In this document: piece by piece, positions 25,221 to 34,189 of the stretch
Numbering within the stretch: the stretch's first letter is position 1
Layout: each line of letters begins with the position of its first letter
Source of the DNA: an uncultured Peptococcaceae bacterium
Lineage (GTDB): Bacteria; Bacillota; Dehalobacteriia; UBA4068
Direction: 5' to 3'
DNA length: 63,657 nucleotides
Assembly (NCBI GenBank): GCA_949289995.1
Contig: CASEQE010000051.1
Coordinates: 1-63,657, forward strand
Translations under genes and position numbers: made by a program
The notes under the pieces: model-generated
What the model saw: only the letters and a program-made list of their open reading frames with translations
Told to the model about the DNA's origin: nothing
Database searches by the model: none

Positions 25221-26088
25221 GGCGCAACACCCCCTTGCTCTTTTGCCATAACGTTTCCTTGCCTTCGTCCATGGTTAATTGTACGGAAAGCACTTCTCTC
25301 AATTGTTTCTCATCCAAATGCCGTACTAACTTGCCATCCTGGGCAAAAGAGATAATACCCGTTTCTTCCGATACCACCAAAGCCAAACAATCGGATACTT
25401 CGGAAATGCCGATGGCCGCCCGGTGCCTGGTTCCCAAAGATAAGCTAATATAAGGATTATCGGATAGAGGCAAAAAACAAGCGGCAGCGGCAACGCGATT
25501 GCCGCGAATAATCGCCGCGCCATCATGCAACGGCGTATTGACCACAAAAATATTGGTCAATAATTCCTCCGAGACGGTTGCATCAATCGCTACGCCTGTT
25601 TCGATATAGTCGTTTAACCCCGTATCCCGTTCGACAACAATTAATGCGCCGGTTTTCGTCTTGGCGCAGGAAACAATCGCCCCGGTCAGTTCGTCTATAA
25701 TATGAACGATATCGCCGGTAGTCAGCGAAGGGCTATGCACCGGTAGAAATTGGCCCCGTCCCAATTGTTCCAAAGTACGGCGCAATTCCGGCTGGAATAC
25801 CACCGCCAAAGCCACAAAAATTACCGCCCAAACCTGCTCCATAATCCAATGTAAAGCTCGCAATCCCAACCAATCGCTTACCGTGCCTAAAATCAACAAA
25901 AACAGCAAACCCTTTATCAGCTGGACGGCCCGGGTACCGCGTATTAAAATTAACAAGCGATAGATAATATAGGATAAAATAGCAATATCGCAAATGGATG
26001 CAATAACTTTGCCTATCGTCCAGTTTACAGACGTAAAAAAAGACAAACCTTTTCCCCTCCTCAAGACAGGATATACCAATGGCGGCAT
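25213..26088 (-). CDS. cdaA: Diadenylate cyclase
   Basis: Three N-terminal TM helices plus a DAC domain (DGAAIIRGNRVAAAACFLPLS, GTRHRAAIGISE). Confidence 0.9.
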   Translation of the reverse strand: MPPLVYPVLRRGKGLSFFTSVNWTIGKVIASICDIAILSYIIYRLLILIRGTRAVQLIKGLLFLLILGTVSDWLGLRALHWIMEQVWAVIFVALAVVFQPELRRTLEQLGRGQFLPVHSPSLTTGDIVHIIDELTGAIVSCAKTKTGALIVVERDTGLNDYIETGVAIDATVSEELLTNIFVVNTPLHDGAAIIRGNRVAAAACFLPLSDNPYISLSLGTRHRAAIGISEVSDCLALVVSEETGIISFAQDGKLVRHLDEKQLREVLSVQLTMDEGKETLWQKSKGVLRRG

Positions 26089-26312
26089 GATTTTACGCCC
26101 CTAACGCCAGAGATTTGCCAGCGCATAGAGGCGTAGCAAGAAACGGTTAAACGACAGACGGCCGTTATGGTTATGGTTCAAGCCTGAAATGTTCTCAGCT
26201 TCCGTTTATATTTTCAACCTAATTATAGACGTCTAAAAGTCATAAATAGTTTCGACGGCTGGCATACAAAACCCTTTAGAGCTCAAGGATCCGTTATTTT
26301 TTCAAATAACAT

Positions 26313-26340
26313 TTGACCATCTCTCGTTTTATAGTATAAT
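26313..26340 (+). promoter_or_regulatory. Candidate sigma-A promoter TTGACC-N16-TATAAT
   Basis: TTGACC 26313-26318, TATAAT 26335-26340, about 70 nt upstream of the DUF881 gene. Confidence 0.5.
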
Positions 26341-26411
26341 AGCTGTGTGCATAAAAATAACACGCCGGTCATGTGTTGCTCAAGATCATAACAAAATAGA
26401 AAGGCTAAGAT

Positions 26412-27191
26412 ATGGAAAATAGCAATCCTCGCCATATGCATAACCATATCCGGTTGCAAAACGTTTTATTCTTAACCGGCTTGGCCCTTTTGCTAGGGAT
26501 AATGATTATTATCGCCATCCGCGCCAATATGGCTCAAGTGGCGCAAACGGATAATAGCAATCAAGAATTAATTGACTATATTGAAAAGCAAGAGGCGGAA
26601 AGCGCTGAATTGGAACAGCAAATTGTTAGCATCCGGCAAGAAATAGAAAATATTCACGAACAATCCGCGGAAAGCGAAAGCATGCTGAATATTTTAAATG
26701 ATTCTTTGGCAAAAATAAACTTAACTGCCGGATATACGGCAGTATCCGGGCCGGGGATCGTAGTAACTTTGGACGATAATACCGCCGGCGCCGAATTGGC
26801 TAAAAAAAACAACCCGGCTACCTATAACGCAGAAAACTTTATTGTACATGACAAAGACCTTCTGTATTTGGTAAAAGCTTTGTCCAGCGCGGAAGCCGTG
26901 TCTATCAATGGCATCCGCATCGTGGATTCCTCTAGTATTCGCTGCGTGGGCTCGGTCATTATGGTCAACTCAACTCGTATCGCCCCCCCTTATGAAATGT
27001 TATTCATTGGCAACGGCGATATATTGTTGGAAGAATTATATAACAGCGGGCGTTATATTACCCTGATGTATAAAGAAATTCCGATCAACGCCACAAAATC
27101 CGATAATATTGTTATTCCGGCGTATTCCGGAACCTATTCTACCAATTATATGCATGTATATCGGGAAAACCGTTCTTCGGAAACCGATTAA
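26412..27191 (+). CDS. DUF881 domain-containing protein (YlxW/YlxX-like)
   Basis: N-terminal TM, coiled-coil stretch, then GPGIVVTLDD ... FIVHDKDLLYLVKALSSAEAVSINGIRI. Confidence 0.8.
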   Translation: MENSNPRHMHNHIRLQNVLFLTGLALLLGIMIIIAIRANMAQVAQTDNSNQELIDYIEKQEAESAELEQQIVSIRQEIENIHEQSAESESMLNILNDSLAKINLTAGYTAVSGPGIVVTLDDNTAGAELAKKNNPATYNAENFIVHDKDLLYLVKALSSAEAVSINGIRIVDSSSIRCVGSVIMVNSTRIAPPYEMLFIGNGDILLEELYNSGRYITLMYKEIPINATKSDNIVIPAYSGTYSTNYMHVYRENRSSETD

Positions 27192-27208
27192 TGGAGGAGG
27201 ATATCGCT

Positions 27209-27601
27209 ATGTGGTTACCGATTATGGGGTTGATCATTGGTCTATTGTTAGGCTCTTTGTTAACTTTTTCCATCCCCATCGCCTATTCCAGTTATTTTGC
27301 CATCGCCGTTTTAGCCGGCCTGGATTCACTCTTGGGCGGCTGGCGGGCCGTATTGGAGAATAAATTCGACGGTATGGTTCTGATTTCCGGCTTTTTTCTC
27401 AACGCCGTAATTGCCGCTTTTTTAGCTTTCTTTGGCGATATGGTAGGTCTGGATCTTTATTTGGCAGCGGTAATTGCTTTTGGTATTCGGATTTTTTCCA
27501 ATATTGGCGCAATTCGTCATGCCGTCATTATGCAACACCGGCAAAAAAGGCTGGAAAAAGCAAAGAAAATTGTAGAAAAAAAGGATATGGATCATGACTA
27601 A
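27209..27601 (+). CDS. sbp: Small basic protein (DUF1290, Sbp-like)
   Basis: Track ORF 27191.. trimmed to ATG 27209, 7 nt after GGAGGAGGA. MWLPIMGLIIGLLLG matches the remembered Sbp N-terminus. Basic C-terminus. Confidence 0.75.
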   Translation: MWLPIMGLIIGLLLGSLLTFSIPIAYSSYFAIAVLAGLDSLLGGWRAVLENKFDGMVLISGFFLNAVIAAFLAFFGDMVGLDLYLAAVIAFGIRIFSNIGAIRHAVIMQHRQKRLEKAKKIVEKKDMDHD

Positions 27602-28331
27602 GCAACCACGAAAACCAATTTTTCATCATTGGCAATGGCCGTTGGCTTTGGTGTTTTTATGCTTTGGTTTTTTGCTGGCAGCCCAGTACCAAACCAATAT
27701 AGTGCTTTCCGGCTCCTTAGCGGCGGAAAGCCAATCCAATTTGGCCATGATTTTGAAAAGCGTCAATGACAATAAAGAACAATTACAAGAAGAACTAGAT
27801 AGTCTGGAAAGCGAACTACGGGAACTGAAAACGTTAACCGAATCCGGCGATAGCCTCTCCTCTGCCCTACGCAACCGTATTGAAACTTTACAATCCGCCG
27901 TTGGCGCGACGGCGGTGGAAGGGCCGGGAATTAGCGTTACCATTACTGGCGATTCCAACCTCATGTTTTACGACGTTATCGATATTATTAACGAACTGTT
28001 CGTCTCTGGCGCGGAAGCGGTAGCCATAAACGATACCCGCGTTACCATCCACACCGCCATATCGGAAATAGATAATAGCTTGGATGGCTATTCCATTACC
28101 GTGGACGGCAAACCTTTGCTTTTTCCTGTGGTAATCAAAGCGATTGGCAACGCGGAAGCCTTATCTACCGGTTTGACCTATCCTGGCGGTATCATCGAAA
28201 GCCTCAATACCTTATATCATGTTTATCCTACCATACGCCAGGAATCTTCCATAACCATACCGGCGGCTAACAGTAGCAGATTTTCCTATGCAAAAGCCAT
28301 AGAAGAAGATAAAGCAAGCGGAGAAGAATAG
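27594..28331 (+). CDS. DUF881 domain-containing protein (second copy)
   Basis: TM plus coiled coil, then GPGISVTITGD ... DIINELFVSGAEAVAINDTRV. Overlaps sbp by 8 nt. Confidence 0.8.
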   Translation: MTKQPRKPIFHHWQWPLALVFLCFGFLLAAQYQTNIVLSGSLAAESQSNLAMILKSVNDNKEQLQEELDSLESELRELKTLTESGDSLSSALRNRIETLQSAVGATAVEGPGISVTITGDSNLMFYDVIDIINELFVSGAEAVAINDTRVTIHTAISEIDNSLDGYSITVDGKPLLFPVVIKAIGNAEALSTGLTYPGGIIESLNTLYHVYPTIRQESSITIPAANSSRFSYAKAIEEDKASGEE

Positions 28332-28359
28332 GTTTTTGCAGGATTTTAGCATTTTTCGC

Positions 28360-28396
28360 AGAACTCCTTCCTAAAATGTCAGGAAGGAGTTCTTTT
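28360..28396 (+). terminator. Perfect 13-bp hairpin whose 3' arm contains the dapB Shine-Dalgarno sequence
   Basis: AGAACTCCTTCCT (28360-28372), loop aaaatgtc, AGGAAGGAGTTCT (28381-28393), then TTT and ATG at 28397. Confidence 0.6.
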
Positions 28397-29188
28397 ATGA
28401 TTAACGTATTGGTTAACGGCGCTTCCGGAAGAATGGGCAAAGCTATGTCCGCCGGTATAATTGGCGAAGAAGATATGCAAATCGTGGCCGCTGTTGATAT
28501 TCGGCAAGAAGGAGCGGATATTGGTCTATTAGCAGGCTGCGGCGCCATCGGCGTAACCGTGGAAAAAGATTTGTTACAAGCGATTCGGCGTAGTAAACCC
28601 GACGTCATGTTGGATTTTACCAACCCTCAGGCAGTATTGCGCAATTTGCGGCTAGCCATCGGTGAAAATCTACCTTGCGTAGTAGGAACTACCGGATTAA
28701 CGGAGCGAGATATTAATGAATTGCGACAACTAAGCGATTTGCATCATGCCCCGCTGTTCATTGCCGCTAATTTTGCTATCACGGCAGTGTTAATGATGCG
28801 TTTTGCAGTAGAAGCAGCTCGCTATCTACCGCAATATGAAATCATCGAGCGTCACCATGAAAATAAAATGGATGCACCCTCCGGTACCGCCATCCGTACC
28901 ATGGAAATGATTAGCGCCGTTCGTAAGGTACAAGTCCAAGGCGCGGCCAATGAAATTGAAATGATTCCCGGTAGCCGCGGCGGAGACTATCAAGGCGCAC
29001 GAGTACATAGTATGCGTTTACCCGGTTACGTCGCCAGCCAGGAAGTGGTGTTCGGCGCGCCGGGACAAACCCTAACGATACGCCAGGATTCCATTAATCA
29101 GAATTGTTTTTTCCCTGGCGTAGCGTTGGCTCTGCGGAAAATAAACGAACTAAGCGGCGTCACGGTAGGTCTGGATAAATTATTATAA
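28397..29188 (+). CDS. dapB: 4-hydroxy-tetrahydrodipicolinate reductase
   Basis: Trimmed to ATG 28397. VNGASGRMGKAM NAD(P) fold and ERHHENKMDAPSGTA catalytic motif. Confidence 0.9.
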   Translation: MINVLVNGASGRMGKAMSAGIIGEEDMQIVAAVDIRQEGADIGLLAGCGAIGVTVEKDLLQAIRRSKPDVMLDFTNPQAVLRNLRLAIGENLPCVVGTTGLTERDINELRQLSDLHHAPLFIAANFAITAVLMMRFAVEAARYLPQYEIIERHHENKMDAPSGTAIRTMEMISAVRKVQVQGAANEIEMIPGSRGGDYQGARVHSMRLPGYVASQEVVFGAPGQTLTIRQDSINQNCFFPGVALALRKINELSGVTVGLDKLL

Positions 29189-29290
29189 ACTTGCCCAGCC
29201 ATCCTCTATCTCCTAAACGAAAAAAGCAGGAATAAAAATGCCAACACAGAATATACATATGTTTTGAATCTAACGTTTGGGGGTTAATAT

Positions 29291-31120
29291 ATGTGCGGAA
29301 TTATTGGCTATTTAGGGCCCCGCTTGGCCATCCCTGTGCTTTTGGAAGGCTTATATGCCCAGGAATATCGGGGATATGATTCAGCGGGCGTAGCCACTTT
29401 AGAAGAAGGGCGACTTAACGTCTATAAAGCTACCGGAAAAATCGCCGAATTGGATAAAAAAATAAACCGGCAATATGGTTCGGCAACCGTGGGTATCGGG
29501 CATACCCGTTGGGCTACCCATGGCAAGCCTTCGGATATCAATTGCCATCCACATATGGATTGCCATAAACATATTGCTTTGGTGCATAACGGCATCATTG
29601 AAAATTATCAGGAACTAAAAGGACGCTTGCAACAGCAAGGCCATCGTTTTCTTTCCGACACCGATACCGAAGTTTTACCGCATCTACTAGAAGAATCTTA
29701 TCAAGGAGATTTACTAGCCGCCATGCAGGAAACTTGCCGGCAGGTCAAAGGTTTTTACGCCATGCTGGCCATTTGCCAATCAGAACCTCGTCGTATTGTA
29801 GCTGCGAGATTGGATAATCCGTTGATTATCGGCCTTGGACAAGGGGAATACTTCTTTGCCAGCGATATGGCGGCTTTAATCGATTACACCCGGGAAATGA
29901 TTATCCTGCAAAACGGGGATATAGCGGATGTAAGCGATACGGGTATCGTCATTTATAACCAGGGCCAAAAAGTGGAACGCAGCGTTAAGCATATCGATTG
30001 GGACAAAGAGGCGGCAAAAAAAGGCGGCTATCCTCACTTCATGTTAAAAGAGATTCATGAGCAGCCTAAGGTATTGGCGCAAACGATGAACGGACGGCTA
30101 AAAGAGGATTGTCAAAACATCGACCTAAGCGAACTGAATTTACAAAAACAAGATTTGGAAAAAGTCAATCAAATTGCTATCGTCGCCTGCGGCACCGCCT
30201 ATCACGCCGGCCTGATTGGCAAATCCATTATCGAAAAACTGCTGCGACTACCGGTTATGGTGGAGTTGGCTTCGGAATTTATCCATAAGGATCCATTGAT
30301 TGACGAGCGAACTTTAGCCATCGTCATTTCTCAGTCCGGAGAAACCATGGATACTTTGGCGGCTTTACGCGTATTTCGGGAAAGAGGCGCCAGGGTGTTG
30401 GCCATCTGCAATGTGGTAGATTCCACAATTGCCAGAGAAGCAGACCAGGTATTCTATACCATGGCGGGGCCGGAAATCGCCGTGGCCTCCACCAAAGCTT
30501 ATAGCAGCCAATTGATGCTACTATATATGTTAACTTTCCACTTGGCGCAAATTTTACAACGGCAAAACCAGCAGCAACTCAATGCCTGGTTTGCCGCGAT
30601 GTATCAATTGCCGCAATTCGCTGAAACTTTGCTGGCAGAGAATGAACAAACCATTCAGGCTTTGGCGAAAACCATTAGCTCGTGGGAAGATGCCTTTTTC
30701 ATCGGCCGAGGGCTGGATTATGCGGTAGCCCAAGAAGGAGCGCTTAAACTTAAAGAAATTTCCTACATTCATGCTGAAGCCTATGCCGCCGGTGAATTAA
30801 AACATGGAACCATTGCTTTAATCACCGATAAAGTTCCGGTAATCGCTCTGGCCACCCAGGATTCGTTGCTGAAAATGATGGTGAGCAATATTGTCGAATT
30901 AAAGACTCGGGGCGCCTATGTCATCGCTCTGACCAAAGGAAACGTGCCAGAAGTAGATCAAGTGGTAGATGCCGTTATTCATTTGCCGGAAACCGACGAA
31001 TTATTAACGCCGGTTTTAAGCGTGATTCCATTACAGCTTTTGGCATATTACGCCGCCCTATATCGTGACTGCGAAATTGATCAACCACGAAATTTGGCCA
31101 AAAGCGTTACCGTACCATAA
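29291..31120 (+). CDS. glmS: Glutamine--fructose-6-phosphate aminotransferase (isomerizing)
   Basis: MCGIIGY N-terminus, two SIS domains, C-terminal DQPRNLAKSVTV. Confidence 0.95.
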   Translation: MCGIIGYLGPRLAIPVLLEGLYAQEYRGYDSAGVATLEEGRLNVYKATGKIAELDKKINRQYGSATVGIGHTRWATHGKPSDINCHPHMDCHKHIALVHNGIIENYQELKGRLQQQGHRFLSDTDTEVLPHLLEESYQGDLLAAMQETCRQVKGFYAMLAICQSEPRRIVAARLDNPLIIGLGQGEYFFASDMAALIDYTREMIILQNGDIADVSDTGIVIYNQGQKVERSVKHIDWDKEAAKKGGYPHFMLKEIHEQPKVLAQTMNGRLKEDCQNIDLSELNLQKQDLEKVNQIAIVACGTAYHAGLIGKSIIEKLLRLPVMVELASEFIHKDPLIDERTLAIVISQSGETMDTLAALRVFRERGARVLAICNVVDSTIAREADQVFYTMAGPEIAVASTKAYSSQLMLLYMLTFHLAQILQRQNQQQLNAWFAAMYQLPQFAETLLAENEQTIQALAKTISSWEDAFFIGRGLDYAVAQEGALKLKEISYIHAEAYAAGELKHGTIALITDKVPVIALATQDSLLKMMVSNIVELKTRGAYVIALTKGNVPEVDQVVDAVIHLPETDELLTPVLSVIPLQLLAYYAALYRDCEIDQPRNLAKSVTVP

Positions 31121-31186
31121 ACCAGGCGTCACGCCCCTATCCAACTGTGGGCATCTAGTTGTCTACATCCATACCGGTCATAATTA

Positions 31187-31216
31187 AAAGTCCGGCGCAA
31201 TGCGCCGGACTTTTTT
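31187..31216. terminator. Bidirectional terminator between glmS and the MscS-like gene
   Basis: AAAAGTCCGGCGC-aat-GCGCCGGACTTTTTT. Confidence 0.85.
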
Positions 31217-31276
31217 CCGTTATTCATATAACCATTGTGAGCGATCGCATAGATTGATCGATTTGTAATCCGCATG

Positions 31277-32089
31277 TTATTGTGGCTGATGCACATATAC
31301 ATCCATTTGCGGGAACGGGATCTGTATCCCTTCACGATCTAAAGCCGCTTTAATCTGTTCATTCAATTGATATAACAAATCCCAATAGTTTTCGGTTTTT
31401 ACCCATACCCGTAACACAAAATCTAAAGTGCTTTCATTATATTTATTTAACGCGACAAACGGCTGTCCTTTTTCCAATTCACTCAATGGATTGGTTTGCG
31501 CCGTTTCCACAAGAACACGTTTTACCTGCTGAATATCGGCGCCATATTCTACGCCTACGTCAATACAAACCTGTCGGTAAGGTTGTGCGGAATAATTGAT
31601 AATAGTCGAATTGGTTAACGTTCCATTTGGCAAAGAGATTTGCCGGTTATCGACAGTGTTAATAATCGTATAAAAGATGGTAATTCTTTCCACCTTCCCC
31701 GAATAAGATCCGGTTTCGATAAAATCTGCATATTTAAAAGGTTTAAACAACAGAATCATTAAACCGCCGGCTAAATTGCTTAAAGCGCCTTGTAAAGCTA
31801 AGCCCACCGCTACCCCTGCTGAAGCTAATACCGTAATCAAAGAAGTAATCGGTACGCCAAATATGTAGGCAACGGTAAGAAATAGCAATACATATAACAA
31901 AATACGTACAAAACTAATGGTAAAAGATTGTAAAGTTTTATCCAAACGAGCAAAAGCATTGCGCTTATGGATCAGCCGCAGCAACCATTTAATTAATTGC
32001 CAACCAATCAGCAACACCACAAGTCCCTGTATTAGCCTCATACCAGCCGTCATACCCAATTGGGTGAAAAATTCGCCGATGTTTTCCAT
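31277..32089 (-). CDS. Mechanosensitive ion channel (MscS family)
   Basis: Three TM helices, then LSNLAGGLMILLFKPFKYADFIE and a beta-domain. Confidence 0.85.
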   Translation of the reverse strand: MENIGEFFTQLGMTAGMRLIQGLVVLLIGWQLIKWLLRLIHKRNAFARLDKTLQSFTISFVRILLYVLLFLTVAYIFGVPITSLITVLASAGVAVGLALQGALSNLAGGLMILLFKPFKYADFIETGSYSGKVERITIFYTIINTVDNRQISLPNGTLTNSTIINYSAQPYRQVCIDVGVEYGADIQQVKRVLVETAQTNPLSELEKGQPFVALNKYNESTLDFVLRVWVKTENYWDLLYQLNEQIKAALDREGIQIPFPQMDVYVHQPQ

Positions 32090-32195
32090 ATTGACCTCTT
32101 TTTCCTTTTTGTTTTTTTACATTATACCCCATAGAGATGGAGAAAAAAAGGCCCGGCAAAAAAAAAGCCCCCAAAAAACTTTTTGCCAAGGTTAG

Positions 32196-32236
32196 GCAAC
32201 AAAAACGGGACGCATAGTGGTAGCTATGCGTCCCGC
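32196..32236 (-). terminator. Intrinsic terminator after hsp20
   Basis: CGGGACGCATAG / CTATGCGTCCCG 12-bp stem, followed on the minus strand by TTTTTGTT. Confidence 0.8.
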
Positions 32237-32324
32237 GTTTCATATCCCTAGCGTCGCCTTTATAAAACCGCAATCATCCATCGTCATGAGCGATTCATGA
32301 TCGCCCCAGTGGGGATTTGTCAGC

Positions 32325-32759
32325 TTATTCGATATCGATACTACGAGAAGAAGGTTTTTCCTTCGTCCGTTTAGGCAAAGTTAATTTCAAAACACCATCG
32401 TTATAAGCGGCTTGAATTTTCTCCGTATCTACGTTGCTAACGTCAAAGTTACGTTTATAAGTGCCCCAACTACGTTCGCGATGGATATAACGATCTTTTT
32501 CGTCTTTTTCTTCATTTTCACAATGACGCTCGGCGCTAATGGTCAAATAACCATCGCTAAGCTCCACTTTAATATCTTCTTTTTTACAACCAGGCAAATC
32601 CGCTTCCAACTCATAGGCATCGCCAACATCTTTAATATCGGTTTTAAACTCTTTCAGGCCATTATCTCCAAAAAAGGATTTCTGCCAATCCAGAATTTCC
32701 GCAAATGGGTCGTATGCAGACAAACGGCGACGACGATCATAAGGCATTAAATCGAACAT
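32325..32759 (-). CDS. Hsp20/alpha-crystallin family small heat-shock protein
   Basis: Trimmed to ATG 32757-32759, 7 nt after GGAGG. Alpha-crystallin core DIKDVGDAYELEADLPGCKKEDIKVELSDGYLTISAER. Confidence 0.9.
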   Translation of the reverse strand: MFDLMPYDRRRRLSAYDPFAEILDWQKSFFGDNGLKEFKTDIKDVGDAYELEADLPGCKKEDIKVELSDGYLTISAERHCENEEKDEKDRYIHRERSWGTYKRNFDVSNVDTEKIQAAYNDGVLKLTLPKRTKEKPSSRSIDIE

Positions 32760-32975
32760 ATATATTCCTCCTATCATTTTAGAACTAGAATTATTTTGGT
32801 TATTTTATTTTAATTCTCCTATATTATATGAATTTATACAAAAAACAAACATGGAAAATTTTATTTTTGTATCATCATCTCCTTTTTCTACTTCATATCT
32901 CATTTCCTTCAACAATTTTATAATAAATCTATATTGTGATATAAATTTGTACAATAAGTGAACAGACGATGAATT

Positions 32976-33002
32976 TTAGCACTCACCAAAAAAGAGTGCT
33001 AA
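32976..33002 (-). promoter_or_regulatory. CIRCE operator (HrcA binding site), perfect consensus
   Basis: TTAGCACTC-accaaaaaa-GAGTGCTAA, read directly. On the minus strand the right arm runs into TGCTAAAAT, an extended -10-like element with its hexamer at 32973-32978. Confidence 0.85.
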
Positions 33003-34093
33003 CAACCATGGTATTTTTCAAAAATACGCAAACAGAAGGCCAGCGTAAGCCATATCGCTATGGCCCAAACAGCCTGTTGCCAAAACAGATACACCGACGG
33101 CGCAGGAGGAATCGTGAACCACGCGGCTGCGGGCAGGCTTATCGAGGAGACCAAATAACGAGCTACACCATAGGAATAAAGGCAGTGGAATAGACGCCCC
33201 AAGAGATACCATCGCATATGGATACCGCAACCGGCAATCATTGCCGCCACCTGCGCTTGCACAGAAACGCCGCCCCAAGCCAAAATCAACGCCGTCCAGG
33301 GAACGGCCTGTTCCAAAGGCAAATTGGCCAGCGCCTTAACCCCTAAGCTCATTTCCCAAAAGCCGGCAATAACAGCGGAAAGATAATTTTCGCCATTTGT
33401 CGGCGCTAACCACTGCCAAAGAGCAAGAAGCAAAGTGGTAACCACAGAAAAGAAACACATATAGCAACCGATTAAAGCTACATTTTCCGCCGCTCGGCGA
33501 CAGCCTTCTTTTAATAGATTGCCCCAAGAAGAATAAATCTTTTTTTGCGGTGGCAAAGCGGAATAAAAATCTGCTATGACTTGCTTTCGCCGGCCAAACC
33601 ATGATAAAAGCAATCCCAATAGAAAATTACCGGAATACTGACAAAACAATAGAATCGAAGCAGCCTGAGGACAGCCGAGAATGCCGCCAGCAACCCCTAA
33701 ACGAATATATAACGGACTGGCGTTATTCGTAAAAGCAATCAAACGCGAAGCTTCCGCGGCGCTAATTTGCCCTCGCCGCTGTAAACCGGCGGCGATCACC
33801 GCGCCGCTAGGGAAACCACAGCAAAACCCTAAAACCAAAGCCAAAGACGCCGCCCCAGGCAAAGCAAATAACGGACGCATCAATACCTCTAGCGGCCTTC
33901 CACAGCTTTGACTAATATCTAAAGCCATGAACAATTCAAAACAAATAAAGAAAGGCAATAATGCGGGAACAATTGCCTGCCACCATAACGATAAAGCATC
34001 CGCCGCCGCTCCGGAAGCTTGTTGCGGCCACAGCAACATACCGATAACCATCAGTGGCAAAAGCATCGTCATAAAATATCTTATTCTATTCAT
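32999..34093 (-). CDS. ylbJ: Sporulation integral membrane protein YlbJ-like (nucleoside-recognition/Gate domain)
   Basis: 364 aa, polytopic. Motifs WWQAIVPALLPFFICFELF and FCCGFPSGAV. Synteny next to the ack/yceD/rpmF block. Confidence 0.7.
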   Translation of the reverse strand: MNRIRYFMTMLLPLMVIGMLLWPQQASGAAADALSLWWQAIVPALLPFFICFELFMALDISQSCGRPLEVLMRPLFALPGAASLALVLGFCCGFPSGAVIAAGLQRRGQISAAEASRLIAFTNNASPLYIRLGVAGGILGCPQAASILLFCQYSGNFLLGLLLSWFGRRKQVIADFYSALPPQKKIYSSWGNLLKEGCRRAAENVALIGCYMCFFSVVTTLLLALWQWLAPTNGENYLSAVIAGFWEMSLGVKALANLPLEQAVPWTALILAWGGVSVQAQVAAMIAGCGIHMRWYLLGRLFHCLYSYGVARYLVSSISLPAAAWFTIPPAPSVYLFWQQAVWAIAIWLTLAFCLRIFEKYHGC

Positions 34094-34189
34094 ACAAACT
34101 CCTAAACAAAATACTTGTTCTGCAACTATGCTATGGTATATAATAAAAGATAAGTTATTTCCGTAGAATTTAATGATGGAGGCAGAATA

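Noticed and set aside
28332-28396. A lysine (L-box) riboswitch before dapB
   Set aside because: The 65-nt gap is far too short for an L-box and is fully explained by a single 13-bp hairpin.
29189-29290. A glmS ribozyme upstream of glmS, as expected in many Firmicutes
   Set aside because: The gap is only about 100 nt and lacks the conserved core segments I can recall for the ribozyme. I see nothing resembling the P1-P2 pseudoknot core. An Infernal scan would settle it.
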